Below are positions 51,138 through 64,000 of a stretch of DNA of 64,000 nt, one piece after another. Every line of letters begins with the position of its first letter. Position 1 is the stretch's first letter. Source of the DNA: Pseudovirgaria hyperparasitica. Taxonomy: Eukaryota. Under the pieces are notes generated by a model, which worked only from the letters and a program-made list of their open reading frames with translations, did not search any database and was not told the DNA's origin. The translations under genes and the position numbers were made by a program. The stretch lies in the NCBI GenBank assembly GCA_010093815.1, contig ML996576.1. The stretch is one strand, 5' to 3'.

Positions 51138-54071
51138 CTAATCTTAGTACTCGAGGTCGCGAGCCAGCTCCTAAAGAATTATATCGCTTATCTTAGAGAG
51201 GTTAGATTCCTCCTCGTCGGATAGTTCGTTAGGCCTCTTCTATCTGTAGAAGTTCTCTTCGACGTTATCTAGGCCCGCGTTAGGCTCGAATTTCTTAAAA
51301 TTAATTAGCCGCTTAGCGGCGCGCGCCTTATTAAATTCCTTCTAGAACGACCTATCCCCATAGACTAGCCTTTCCTACCTTACCATTTTCTTAAAGGTCT
51401 CTACGAATACCCTCGAGCCCTCCTTAAACCAGGCATCTACCTTAGCTTTAAGTTATTAAGGACTTACGTTAAGCCACGTAGCTACCTCTTCTTTTACCTC
51501 CTAGCTATCCTATCTTTTACGGCCAACTAATACGTTACTAACGGCGTTAAAACTCAGGAGTTAAACTACAGCTAGGAAGGCAAAAGGAATCGCGCTATAT
51601 TTATTAGAAAATCCCGACGGAGACGTAGGTCCCGGAGTTAAATTCCTATAAGCTACTGCGAGTTATTCCTATATACCCATTTTAGATACTTCTATTATCA
51701 TATAATTAGGGCTAATCGCGATATACCATAGAAGCATCGTACGTCTTCCACCCTTTACGGGACCCTAGGCGCCGTATATTATTAGTAGGCTAGAGATACG
51801 TACTTTAAGGGACTAGTAGGGGACCGGGACGAAGGGACTAAATCGTTTCCTATCGTCCGTATTATAGATCTTATCGTTAATAGCCGTGATTATACTATTT
51901 CGATTGACCCCCTCGCGGAGCTTAGCCTTCAACTACTATTTATTTAAGAACTTATAGGAGCGGGGAACGATTATAGTATAGTCGTTACTTCGTTCGTCGT
52001 CGAGACTAATACTCCCCTAGATTATATTAAACCCGTGTCTATCGCTAGGATCGAGGATTCGATTAATGGCGTTATTAAGATACTTAAAACCCGTCTTATC
52101 GCCCCTATCCTAGGACTTCGCATAGTACGGGTACGAGATTAGATAGTAGTTAAGATCGGGCTAAAGAGCGATATAGGTGAGCTAGTAAAGTAGGTATTAC
52201 CTAATAAACTATTAGATATAGGAGTGGTATATAGTTCGTAGCCAGCCGTAGTTCGATTTCTTATTAAATATACGCTAGTAGTACTTATATATATTAAATT
52301 CATCCCTCGCGAGTTCTAGGATACTCTTATTAAGTATAGAGGTCGTCTTTTTAAGTGGCTCGAAGAGCTCTTTAATATTAACACTTCCGGTACATTCCTA
52401 CTCGTCGAAGAGTTACCTACCTATTCTACTATCCTTCTTCTAAATCATAAATGCGATACTAGTAAGGATAGTTTTAATATTAATAACTTACTTCGGGGTC
52501 TCTAGGGTCTAGTAATAATAGATACCTAATGCCTCTATCGGATAAGGTGGCCGCGCGTACTTCGCGAACTAGGTATAGCGGTCCTTATAAACTTTAAGGG
52601 CCCCCACGTTATCTCTAAACTCATATACCATTTTAAGTCTCGCTACTAGGTTTAAGTAGGACACGCTAACGAGTATATCATTCTTTCTAGCCACGTCTTG
52701 GCAATGCTTATAGCAGACTTTGTACGGAATAGCCATGTTACCTATCTACGCTTTCTAGCGTACTAGTAGGGCCATTCCCTTAATACTCGTGAAATTCTTC
52801 TTTAATAATATAGCTGCCTTAAAAGTCTTCGTCACTAAAGGCGCGTATTAATACTTCTTAGACTTATCCTCTTCCTCGACTAATGCCATCGTCTTAGGGT
52901 ACGAACTAAGAATAACCGGGGATTACCGTATAGGCGCCCCTAGTAATTACTAAGGGCCGGTAGATAAGGCACGCCCGCGAGTAGGTTTTATCGGCGTGGC
53001 CGTAACGGGTACTAAAGACGTTCTTATATGGCCCGGTAAGGGACGTTTACTAGTAGTAGTAGAAGGAATACTTACTTTAAACGGACGACTAGCTTCGAAG
53101 AGACGATATACTACTAAACTAGAAGGCGTACTTCGTGGAGGGGACTTCACCATAGACGTTATCTATACTAGTTTTAGCGATAGTAAGGTCTAAGGCGGAG
53201 GCGATGCACTTATCTCTTTAATTTATAGGTAGTATTCGATAGACCTATAAACCATTCTACTTATCTATAACTATTAACTAGCGGGGATAATAAGTCCCGT
53301 CTTATTATAGAACGTTAGTTTATTTTATCGGCTAGGGTAGTTCGAGAGTTACTAGAGAGATAGACTATTCTCGTTACTATCGCTAGCTAGGGCGGTATCG
53401 ATATTAGAGCTCTAAAGATATACCTTAATTCCCCTTTTCTTCTATCCCTAGCCGATTCGGGACCATAGGGATACGTTTAACTAGTTCCTCGCTCTCGCCT
53501 ATATTCGCACTTATAAGAGCGCTACTAGCTTTTCTATAAAGTTCTATATTTACTAGAGCTATCCGAGGGCGGATTAGAGTAACTAGCCATTATTATTAGG
53601 GAGGTCTTTTCGCTAGTTTTATAGGATTATATTTTTAGCTTTTAGGATGCGGGAGTTAGTATCTCTTCTACGACGAATTATCTCGTGGACTTCTTTCGGA
53701 ATAGAGGAGTTAATCTTTACCTTACTATACCCTATTACGGCTCCTACTTCCTAGAAGAGGTCGACTATACTACTTAAGAGCTATTCTATAAGGCTAGTAA
53801 TATGAAGGAGATTATTAAACGTATCTAGAATATAGTCCTATCGCTCTTGCGGGTCCTAGATAGCGATAATTCGGTTAATAGTAGACTTATTTATTTCTAT
53901 AGCTTCTATAGTCTATCCGTGCGGAGTAGTAGATGGCCTTAATACTACGATAGCCGTTAATAGCCCTACTTTAGCACTCACGACTCTTAACTAGGACCGC
54001 GTCTATCTTATTAGTACTTAACGATCTTATAACTCTTTATAGGTAGGCGTTTTCTTCTTTGGCGGGGCTAT
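51138..54071 (-). pseudogene. Extra ORF (about 975 codons) of the retrotransposon; C-terminal PhyH-like Fe(II)/2OG dioxygenase domain; RIP-inactivated
   Basis: One frame from ATA (RIP of ATG) APPKKKTP at 54071; reads ISYPYYAK, GFKYLN (de-RIP FKHLD), II*GSISLDDE, FVPVP, IIYGA (de-RIP IHGA), RRTMLLW, PSGFSNKY; exact stop uncertain. Confidence 0.75.
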
Positions 54072-54229
54072 TATTATTATTAGTTCTATCGGTAAGTTAT
54101 GTTCTAAGAAGAGGTAGTTTAAGTAAGGCGGAAGTAGAGGAGGAGGTTTTATTAATTAAGGAGGTATGGAGAGGTGTAAGAGGGAAGAGTTATATACTAT
54201 CTTAAGTTCTCTTTTTATGCCTCCTCGAA

Positions 54230-54395
54230 TACCGGGTATATAGTAATTTTTATAAATGATTCTTACTAACGGCCGTAGGCCCGTATACGTGTCGAATCTA
54301 TAAATAAATATATACTAGGTACATAGGAAATCTATGAATAAATATGTCTACCGGGTATATGGCGGAATCTATAAATGAATAGATACCGGGTATAT
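54230..54395. repeat. Tandem array of about 33-37 bp units between pol and the extra ORF
   Basis: aatctat(a/g)aat(a/g)aata...tacc/tag/ggtaYat units at 54296-54324, 54329-54360 and 54366-54395; extra taccgggtatat at 54230. Confidence 0.75.
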
Positions 54396-54434
54396 TCTTA
54401 TCCCCATGAGACTTCCTATAAGTATCTTTTTCTC

Positions 54435-57400
54435 TTATACCTCCTCCTTCTTTTCTTCCTTATTAGTTCCTAATAGGGCCCGTTCTATAGTAACGAAATA
54501 GGCCTTTAATAGGTGGGCTTCGATTACACGACCGGTTTTAATGTATGGTAGGTAGAATTTCGCGTAAACGCTATTATGTCTTCTTTCGAGTATTACTTAC
54601 TTTAATAATAGGTTTTATTATTTTATAGTAATAATAGAGTTTATTATCCTCTTTTAATAATGGAGTTCATCGTTATAAGACTACTTTTATAAGTATCCCT
54701 TCCCTCCTTAAAAAAACTTCTATCCCCTAGAAGGAGATATCGATTCTAGGGAAACGTAAATATTCCTCTCTATTAAAGTCTTGCGGAGTAGGAATTACTA
54801 CTTCTACCCGGGTTCGTGTGGCGTCGTCGAGGTGTTCCATGAGTTATTTATAATAGTTTTCCTTATCGCCACTCTCCTTATTTTCCTTAGTAATTCTTCT
54901 AATTAGTGGTCGCGAGAGCTCGTCGTGACTCTTATTACTTACATTTCTTATAAAATATTTCTTTAACCTATGGCTAGGAAACGTCTCTCTAAGCATGGCT
55001 CTATTAAGCTCCGCGAGCTTATAAGTGTAATTAAATATAGACTAGATTCTATATGGCCCCCTCTAATACTACCTTAGCTTTCGCCCTATATCCTTCTATC
55101 GCTACGAGTTATATAGGAGGATAATTATATTAACTAGTAACGACTCTTAACGAAGGTAATGGTCGTTATTCTATGCCTCTCTTAATTCCTTACGCGTTTA
55201 TATCGCGTGGGTATAGGCCTCCTTAAGATCCTCGGATCTTCTCTTAAGTTATCTAGCTTAAAGAGCGAGTAAGTCGGACGTTAATCGTACCTCGTCCTAA
55301 GGGAGCATTCGGAGCGACTCGAATTCGACTTCGATAGGCATGATTAGTTTATAGCCGAGTACGAGGTATACGGTACTATACCCTATACTAGCACGTATTA
55401 TTATTCTATCTACCTAGACGACCGTATGGAGGTGGTCGGGCTAGTTCTTGAATCCGCTATTAGTTATCTTCGCGAGAGCATTAGCGAGTAGTATAAAACT
55501 TCTCTTAATAATTCTATTTACTCGGGGATTATACGTAGACGTAACCTTCTAATAAATTCTATAGAGTTAGAGGAGCTCCTCTATAGTATCTATATTTTCT
55601 CTACTACCGTTATAGGTGATTTTAGGAATAATTCCGTATCTATAGATTACGTTCTTAAAGAGGAACTTTACGATGACTATAGATGTGGCCGCCGTACATG
55701 CCTCCGCCTTAGTCTATCCGCTTAGCTGTTCTCGTATAGATACTACTTTACTATACTCTATAGAAGGTGGTAGTATCGTTACGTCTAAGTATATTCTTTA
55801 CTAAAGAATAGGCGTTATAACGTGGTGGAGCCCTTTATTAAGACCTCCGAGGAGCTTACTTCGTTATTAATATTTATTATAGGTTTTCATGTGCTATCGC
55901 ACGTCTCTATATATACCTATCTACTAATACTTATCCTTAATCCTTCCGAGGGTCCCTTCGCTACCTCTATAATCTATCTTATTATAAGTGGTAGTAATTA
56001 TACACGCCCTAGTATTCGGATCCTTAATTACTCGTGTGTATTAGCGATGCCTATCTCCTCTCCGCTAGAGTATTTAGTTACGCACGAGGAACTTTAGGCA
56101 GTTAGTTATAAAGGCCTTATACGCTCGGTCGGTTAGGTCGGTTAGCCTCTTAAGTATAGTAAGATACTTTATAATCCTCTACTATTTATCGCTATATTCA
56201 TCTATTAAGGGAGACTTAATAGCGGTATAGTTAAGTGTCTCTATTATATAATCTCTCCCGCTAATAGGCTTGATTAACGACGTCTCTAGTACGTCTATAT
56301 ATAGAGCTATATCCACGAACTCGTCTAGGTTAAAGGTAGAGACGTCTAGTGGTTCTTCTCCTTCGTGTATCCGTGAGATACTATCGGCGACTATATTACG
56401 CTTCCTAGGTACGTGCCTAACTATAAAGTTCTATAGCTAAATCCACGCGAGCCACCTAGTAACGAGCGCCCCTAGTAAGTTAGTTACGGTATGGTTAATT
56501 TAAGCGACTAGAGTATTCGCGTCTATTTCTATAATAAAGTACGTGCTATAGAGGTATTACCGGAACTTCTATAACGCGTGGAGGAGGGCTCGGTACTCTA
56601 GTTTCACGGTGTCGTAGTTTCTCTTAGCTTTTAACTATATTCCTCTATCATACTACGATGGCTAACGTTTATAATTCTTATTCTCCTATATTAACGTAGC
56701 CCCCCACCTAACGTTACTAGAGTCTACTACTAGGATTATATCTCCCGTACCTATCCTGTACCGTAACATTATTAGTGCGGGAGCAGTGGTTAGAGCTATC
56801 TTTAGCGCGTCCATCGAGGTCTACTCCTTAGCTATCTACTACTAGGCCGATTTATTCTTTAATAGTATAAATAGCGGCGATATAATAATAGCGTACCCGG
56901 GGATCTATATCCGGAAATATATATAAACGCTAAGGAAGGCTCGCACATTCGTCGTGTTTTTATAGGGTTTCTAGTCCCTAATAGTAGTAACCTTTTTATT
57001 ACTCGGTCGCCTCCCTTTAATACCGTAGACGTATCCTATAATATTAGCGGCTTTAATATACTACTAAGTCTTCTTACTACTTAGGGCGTATCTAGTACGC
57101 TCTATATCCGCGAGAACCTTATCCACGTTAATTAAATATTCTAGGATATACCTATAAATTCTAGGTAGGGCCTCCTTAGAGTTATATTTCGTCGTAGGTC
57201 CTTTAATGCCTAAGTTATCTAGAAATGGTAGAGCCCTCTCCGGGATGTATTCTTATATAATAGTTAATATAATTCTAACGAACTAAGCTACTAAATTAGT
57301 GGCCCCTTAAGGTAATATTATTCTATATAGTAATTCTAGGGGCGTTATAAACCCCGTTAAGTCTCGGTAATACTCTACTAATAGAATCTAATTATATCCT

Positions 57401-60400
57401 AAGAAGAAGTCGGTAAACGTTAAGACGGCTATCCCCGTAAAGTGCTCCGAGAATTCTTTATATAAGGGCGGCGTGGCCGTATCACGAATAGTAACTCGGT
57501 TGATTTCTATCGCCGAATTAATTAACCTATGATCTCGTTCCTTATTAGCTTCCTTCTTCTTTTCCACGAGAAAATAGGCGTTTCGATAAGAACTACTATA
57601 GGGCTCAAGTCTTCCGCTATTAAGACGCTCTTTTAGGATCGTGAGTACCTTCCTATAAAGGGCTCTAGGAATATTAAAGTTCTTAGCCTACCATACCTTA
57701 TGTTCTACTATTCGGATCTCCTACGGAGGTGCCACCTCTTCATTAAATTTACTAAGGTATAAGAATTCCTATACTAGTGCTTCCTCGCGATATAATAAGA
57801 TTATATATAGTAACTTAAGTTCCGCGGGACGTAGCTCTATTCTAATCTTTAGCTAACTTATATATAGAGGCGTTAGACGTGTTCCTAGCGGGATAGTTAC
57901 CCTTTAAGGCTCTATTAGCCTATTAAATATATTAAGGCCTAGGTGGACGGCTAGAAGAAGTGCCTACCGTGCGATTACTCGTTTACGCTAGTCTAGATAC
58001 CCTAATAGATTCCTAGGGACCTTTCGGTAGGCTTCGGAGTCATCCACGGGGTATACTTTAACTCCCTTTCTTTTATATATAGTGGCTATACTAAATCCCT
58101 TTAATACCCTAGATGAATACCGTCTTTAGAGGCCGGTAGAGCCTACTATAAGCCGTTCTATTATCGTGCCTTATTTATATACGAAGGTAGTATACCTTAC
58201 CGCCGTAACTAGGGCGGCTAAGTCATCTTTTCTTAATAACCGAGTAATATTTTTAGGCCGGATTTTCTCGGAAAGTAACTCTATATAACTCATTTCTATA
58301 TCCGTATAAAAATATATTCTATCCCCTTTATTAGTGGGTTTACCGGACCCTATTTAGTGCGGATTATTAGTTAAGGGTAGCCCTTAACTAATAATCCGGC
58401 TTAACTCCGGCTTCTAGCGACATGCTCCGCTATATAGTTAGTCTCTAGCTACGGAGTTACCCTCCTTCTCTAAGACTAGAATATACTCGTCCGGACTGGT
58501 TTCGAAGGTTATACGTTCTTATCTATATATAAAGTAGACTATTAAGAGTACTTACCCGGAGGCTAACCTCTATACTATAAGTAAGGCCTGCCTAGTATAT
58601 GGCTCCCCTAGAATAAGGTCATGATTAAGTTCGCTATACACGAATATTAAAGTGGCCGTAACGATCCGACCTATATGGATAGGGTATTACTATACTATTC
58701 CTACGAATAGAGTACTATACTAAGTAGCGCTAACTAAACTCGAGTTCTTTATATGTGGTGGAAGCGAAGATATCGCTAGCCTAAGACGCCTTATAGCATC
58801 TAGTCGAATGCTATTTACCTACGCGCTACTATCGAATAGTACTATACTAGTCGCCCTTTTAGGACTAACTTCCACGGGGTACCTCGGACACTCGGCTACT
58901 AGCCTTACTATCCCTTCCTTAAGCTAATTAATATCTTATTATATAATAGCCGTCCCCGTGGTATAGAGGGGTGCTAATATATTAAGTTTATTTATCTTAG
59001 GAGCCATAGCATGGTCGTTTCTTCCTTTCTTCTCGGCTCTCTCCTCTCGAGTCTCGTGGATCTCTCTAGCTATAAAGTCGGAGGCGCCCTTCTTAAATAC
59101 CGCACGATATAAGTCGCTATTAAGGCTTAATAGTTCGCTAATAGTAATATTCATGGTTGTCTCTAGAACGCGTACTAGCCATGCTTCGCTAGCTTCTATA
59201 CTTAGCCGCTATCCCTCGTATAGATAGTTATTAAGCTTAACACCTCGGATACGTGCCTTTTAACTAGGATTTAGACTATCCCCTTTATCTATCTTATCCT
59301 TAGGCGCCGTTAGCTCTTATTTAGACGTTCCCTAGTCGCTACTCTTCTCGCCGTCCTCCTATTCCTCGATAATCCTTATATACTACCCTTTACGCATTCC
59401 GCGGAGATAGACGATCTTTCTTTCCTTAGTATAATTAGGTATACTCTTCGTGATCCCCCTTCTAGATATTATAAGTATAGCGGGCTCTTCTAGGGCTATC
59501 TCCTCGCGGATATATCTGTTACTAGCTATGTTAAAGCGTTCGTGGAATTCTATATATCTATCTTTCTTACTCTCGGGCGATATAACTTCTTCTTCTAAAT
59601 CGCTATCCGCTAAGGCCTAGTGGGGACCCTTCGTAGGTTTTATACTAATACTATATACCGGTACTCCCTATGAAGCGTTAATGTTTACTACGGGCGTAGA
59701 AACCTTCACTCCCCCTCCGTACTAGCTTAGGCCGTTTTAAACCATTACTACGTAGTTCCGGATAGCTTATAGAGTAGCTTATGGCCCTACTAAGGAGGGT
59801 AGTAATAGGATTTCTTCTCCGTTCGCCCCGAAACGCCCTCGGAATACTTGCACCCTATTAATATTTAGTAATCCGTCTCTAATGTATCCTACTATCTCCG
59901 GACATCTATATATTAGGTAATCTCCTCCGTATGTAATACACACGATCGGTCTTCGAGGTCTATCCTAGGCTATAACGCCTCCTTAGGAGTCTCGGGTAGG
60001 GACGTATTCTCTATTCTATATATAATTCTATGGATAAACTTGCGTTAGTTCTATAGGCATGCCTTATACTTAGGGGTGTGTTAAAAGATTTAGCCTTCGC
60101 GCCTACTAGTTAATAATAGCCGAAAGTAGCTTAGATTCGTACTTCTTAAGGGATGAGAATAAGGGATTAGAGGTAAAGTAGGACTTTATCTTAATTAACG
60201 TGAGGTCTAGTTTACTAAATCTCTCTACTATCTTGTTAAACTTATCTAATCCTAGCGCGACGTATACTTTAACTAGAGAGGGGTGGCTAAATTCATTAGT
60301 TCTTCTTTCTTCATATGACTACTCTTCTAAGCTAGTCTTCTTACTCCCTATCTTTGATTTATGGTATATGGCTATGGCTAGCTCTTATGCGGCTAAGTAC

Positions 60401-61130
60401 TTATTAATACGAGCTAGTTCCTTAAGTGCTCTAGCCTTTCGTAATACGAAGTCATAGATAATTACCTAGTCGTAACTATGTGCTTCTATCGTGAGTTAAT
60501 ATTTCTCTATAGCCTGAGCCTTAAGACTATTAGGCAGCCCTTCTAGGAAGAGCTCTATTCGCGAATACGAGCTTAGACTTCCTTTAGCCGTAAGTTTCTC
60601 CGTGATAACACGATACCGGGAGTAGTATATAGAGAGAGAGTAGGATGGGTCTACTTTGACCATTTCCACGTATTTTTGGATAAAGTGGATGGTACCTTCC
60701 TTAAGGGCGGAGTTAAATAGAGAGAATTCCTTTAATAATTCTTCACGTAGTATGGCCCACTACTATTTCTAAAACCTATCTATTCCTTTAATAGTAGGAC
60801 GGAGATGGTTCTCGTAGTATGATGGTAGGGAGGTTATCTTCTTATTAGGCGGAACTTCGTAGTTTATATATATATCCTCGTACTTCTAAAGGAAGGCCGT
60901 AATGTTTATTCCTTTAAAGCGCTCGGGGGCTAGAGTAGGTAGAGGTACTATCCTTCCTTATCGCGTAAATGCTACGAAGAAGTTAAGCATCTCTCTACGA
61001 GTTACTAGGTCATTATTTTAAGCTCCTATTATACTATTACTAGTAGTAGGTGTACTAGTGGAGACGCTAGGGGTAAGGTTATTAGTTAAGGGATTACCTT
61101 AACTAAAGGTTGGCCTAATGCGTCTATCTA
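54435..61130 (-). pseudogene. RIP-mutated gag-pol polyprotein of the nested element
   Basis: Protease VLFDSSA (about 58825-58845); RT PFLDNLGIKGP (about 57200-57232, de-RIP FLDD); RNase H LVVDSS; integrase HHCC (about 55870-55990) and core AREQLSG...ICRYG...YNPR; ends approximate. Confidence 0.9.
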
Positions 61131-61610
61131 TAACACCTATTATCCCTTCTCCATGTTAATTAATCCCTTTATAAGGTGAACTATTACTATCGTCTTCATC
61201 GATATAAGGTTTACGGTATTCTACTTATGTTATTATCTTTGTATAAGGCGTTCCTAAAGTAGTATACTCGTGTGGCCGTGTTTATAAATAACAGCTATGG
61301 TAGCACTAAATAGGTTGTATTTGTCGTTTTTAAACTCTTCTTTACTACTTTATCTAGCCCTGTTTTATATTCTATTCCCCTAAGACATTTTCGAGTCGCG
61401 CTATCACCCGTGTTAGTATACGCATGCTTTTTACAGCTACTTTTAAGAGGCTAGCCCCTAGCGACTCTGGACTCCCTGTTTTCCGGACTCGTGGCTTCGA
61501 TCTAGTAAGTCTAGACTACCTTATTAGGCACGCTATATACTTCCCCTAAGCTAGTTTCGGAGTCCTAATCTCCCCCTATAAGTTTATAGTCCGGGTACGA
61601 CCTCTAAAAT

Positions 61611-61982
61611 TATAATAAGCTATCGCTACGTATGTCCCTTTTTATAAATAGCTATGTTCTTAGTATAGTAGTCGCGACGAACTCATAAGTATCTCTCCTA
61701 GGTATTATGAGTTCTCTTTGAACGTACGACTTCTTATTAGTTCTCTTTTATGATAGGACGGGTCTATATAATACTCTTAATCAATTTATTAATAGCTAAG
61801 CCTAATAATCAATACCCATAGAGGCCCATGAACGTAAGGAAAGGTTAAATCGTCGAATATTAGTAATGGGGGAAGCGTATGGAGTAGAATGACCGAGGAA
61901 AACGCCCTCCTTAAATATACAATGAGCCATGTAATCGAGCTAGGGACATATACATATAGGGCTGTAGGAACGGCCTTCCACA
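61611..61982 (-). repeat. 5' LTR of nested element
   Basis: TG start at 61982; followed on the minus strand by the same leader (attttagaggtcg) that follows the host 5' LTR at 47453. Confidence 0.93.
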
Positions 61983-61986
61983 CTAG

Positions 61987-64000
61987 TCCGGATAAGTATA
62001 TTCTAGTCTTAGAGAAGGAGGGTAACTCTATAGCTAGAGACTAACTATATAGTAGAGTATGTTACTAGAAGCCGGAGTTAAGCCGGATTATTAGTTAAGG
62101 GCTACCCTTAACTAATAATCCGTACTAAATAGAGTCCGGTAAACCTACTAACGAAGGGGATAGGCTATATTTTTATACGGATATAGAAATAAGTTATATA
62201 GAGTTGCTTTCCGAGAAAATCTAGTCTAAAAATATTACTCGGTTATCGAGAAAAGATAACTTAGCTACCCTAGTTACGGCGGTAAGGTACGCTACCTTCG
62301 TATATAAATAAGGCATAATAATAGAATAGCTTATAGTAGGCTCCACCGGCCTCTAAAGACGGTATTTATCTAGGGTATTAAAGGGATTTAGTATAGCTAC
62401 TATATATAAAAGAAAGGGAGTTAAAGTACACCCTATAGATAACTCCGAAGCCTACTAAAAGGTTTCTAGGAATCTATTAGGGTATCTAGACTAGCGTGAA
62501 CGAGTAATTATATAGTAGGTACTTCTTCTAGCCGTCTACCTAGGCCTTAACGCGTTTAATAGGCTAATAGAGCCTTAAAGGGTAACTATCCCGCTAGGAA
62601 CACGTCTAACGCCTCTATATATAAGTTAGCTAAAGATTAGAATAGAGCTACGTCCCACGGAACTTAAGTTACTATATATAATCTTATTATATCGTGAGGA
62701 AGTACTAGTATAGGAATTCTTATACCTTAGTAAATTTAATAAAGAGGTAGCACCTCCGTAGAAGATCCAAACGGTAGAACATAAGGTATAGTAGACTAAG
62801 AACTTTAATATTCCTAGAGCCCTTTATAGGAAGGTACTTATAATTCTAAAAGAGCGTCTTAATAGTAGAAGGCTCGAGCCCTATAGTAGTCCTTATTAAA
62901 ACACCTATTTTCTCATAGAAAAGAAGAAGGAAGCTAATAAGAAACGAGATTATAGGTTAATTAATTCGGCGATAGAAATTAACCGAGTTACTATTCGTGA
63001 TGCGGCCACGCCGCTCTCATGTAAAGAGTTCTCGGAGTACTTTACGGGGATAGCCGTCTTAACGTTTACTAACTTCTTCTTAGAATATAATTAGATTCTA
63101 TTAGTAGAGTATTACCGAGACTTAACGGGGTTTATAACGCCCCTAGGATTACTATACGGGATAATATTACCTTAAGGGGCCACTAATTTAGTAGCTTAGT
63201 TCGTTAGGATTATATTAACTATTATATAAGAATATATCCCGGAGAGGGCTCTACTATTCCTAGATAACTTAGATATTAAAGGACCTATAACGAAATATAA
63301 CTCTAAGGAGGCCCTACCTAGAATTCGTAGGTATATCCTAGAATATTTAATTAACGTAGATAAGGTTCTCGCGGATATAGAGCGCGCCGGATACGCCCTA
63401 AGTAGTAAGAAGACTTAGTAGTATATTAAAGCCGCTAACGTTATAGGATATATCTACGATATTAAAGGGAGGCGACCGAGTAATAAAAAGGTTACTACTA
63501 TTAGGGACTAGAAACCCTATAAAAACACGATAAATATGCGAGCCTTCCTTAGCGTTTATATATATTTCTAGATATAGATCCCCGGGTAGACTATTATCGC
63601 ATCGCCGCTATTAATACTATTAAAGAATAAATCGGCCTAGTAGTAGATAGCTAAGGAGTAGACCTTAATAGACGCGCTAAAGATAGCTCTAACTACTACT
63701 CCTGTACTAATAACGTTATAGTACGGGATAGATACGGGAGATATAATTCTAGTAGTAGACTCTAGTAACGTTAGGTAGGGAGCTATATTAATATAGGAGA
63801 ACGAGGATTATAAACGTTAGCCATTACGGTATAATAGAGGAATATAGTTAAAAGCTAAGAGAAACTATAATACCGTGAAGCTAGAGTGCCGAGCCCTCCT
63901 CTACGCGTTATAGAAGTTCTAGTAATACCTCTATAGCACGTACTTTATTATAGAAATAGACACGAATACTCTAGTCGCTTAAATTAACCATACTATAACT
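61987..64000 (+). pseudogene. Continuation of host pol (RT, RNase H), RIP-mutated, truncated by the window end
   Basis: Reverse complement of about 56490-58495; RT and RNase H motifs. Confidence 0.9.

Larger units (their letters stand above)
50568..61982 (-). mobile_element. Full-length 11.4-kb Ty3/Gypsy LTR retrotransposon, nested copy: LTR-gag-PR-RT-RH-INT-extra ORF-PPT-LTR; 4-bp TSD
   Basis: Two 372-bp LTRs; CTAG duplicated at 50564-50567 and 61983-61986 (single CCAG in the uninterrupted equivalent at about 58496-58499); PPT GGGGAGG at 50944-50950; Gypsy domain order. Confidence 0.95.
47083..64000 (+). mobile_element. Ty3/Gypsy LTR retrotransposon, host copy (RIP-inactivated), split by the nested copy and running past the window end
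   Basis: 5' LTR 47083-47452; gag and protease to 50567; pol resumes at 61987 in frame; RT motifs YKRKGVKVHP, RVTIRDA, LP*GATN, FLDNL and RNase H LVVDSS. Confidence 0.92.

Noticed and set aside
52950..61983. Short ORF-track calls inside the retroelements
   Set aside because: Stop-free remnants or antisense frames; 52950-53153 is part of the extra ORF and 58939-59154 is part of gag-pol

Overview
Fungal (filamentous ascomycete, probably Dothideomycete-like) genomic window with short GT-AG introns. Bases 1-45.5 kb are gene-dense and hold ELP3, a BAR-domain gene, RPL2, an Ioc3/WHIM1-like gene, MMM1, INO80, BRX1, CTR9, GSH2, a divergent ATRX/SAD-6-like SNF2 ATPase, a Zn2Cys6 transcription factor, a derlin, CENP-A (CSE4) and a GH81 glucanase. 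A palindromic MITE-like element lies at about 39.4 kb. From about 45.96 kb to the end is an AT-rich block mutated by RIP (repeat-induced point mutation). In it, a full-length 11.4-kb Ty3/Gypsy LTR retrotransposon (50568-61982, minus) sits in inverted orientation inside another copy of the same family (47083 to beyond 64000, plus). The main discovery is a third ORF of about 975 codons between pol and the 3' LTR, masked by RIP and largely missed by the ORF track. After reversing RIP changes, its C-terminal half reads as a PhyH-like Fe(II)/2-oxoglutarate dioxygenase (HxD...H...R). It has its own candidate promoter with a tandem-repeat array, and the element carries a conserved hairpin at three positions. 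An anti-silencing role for this cargo enzyme is a hypothesis, not a demonstrated function.
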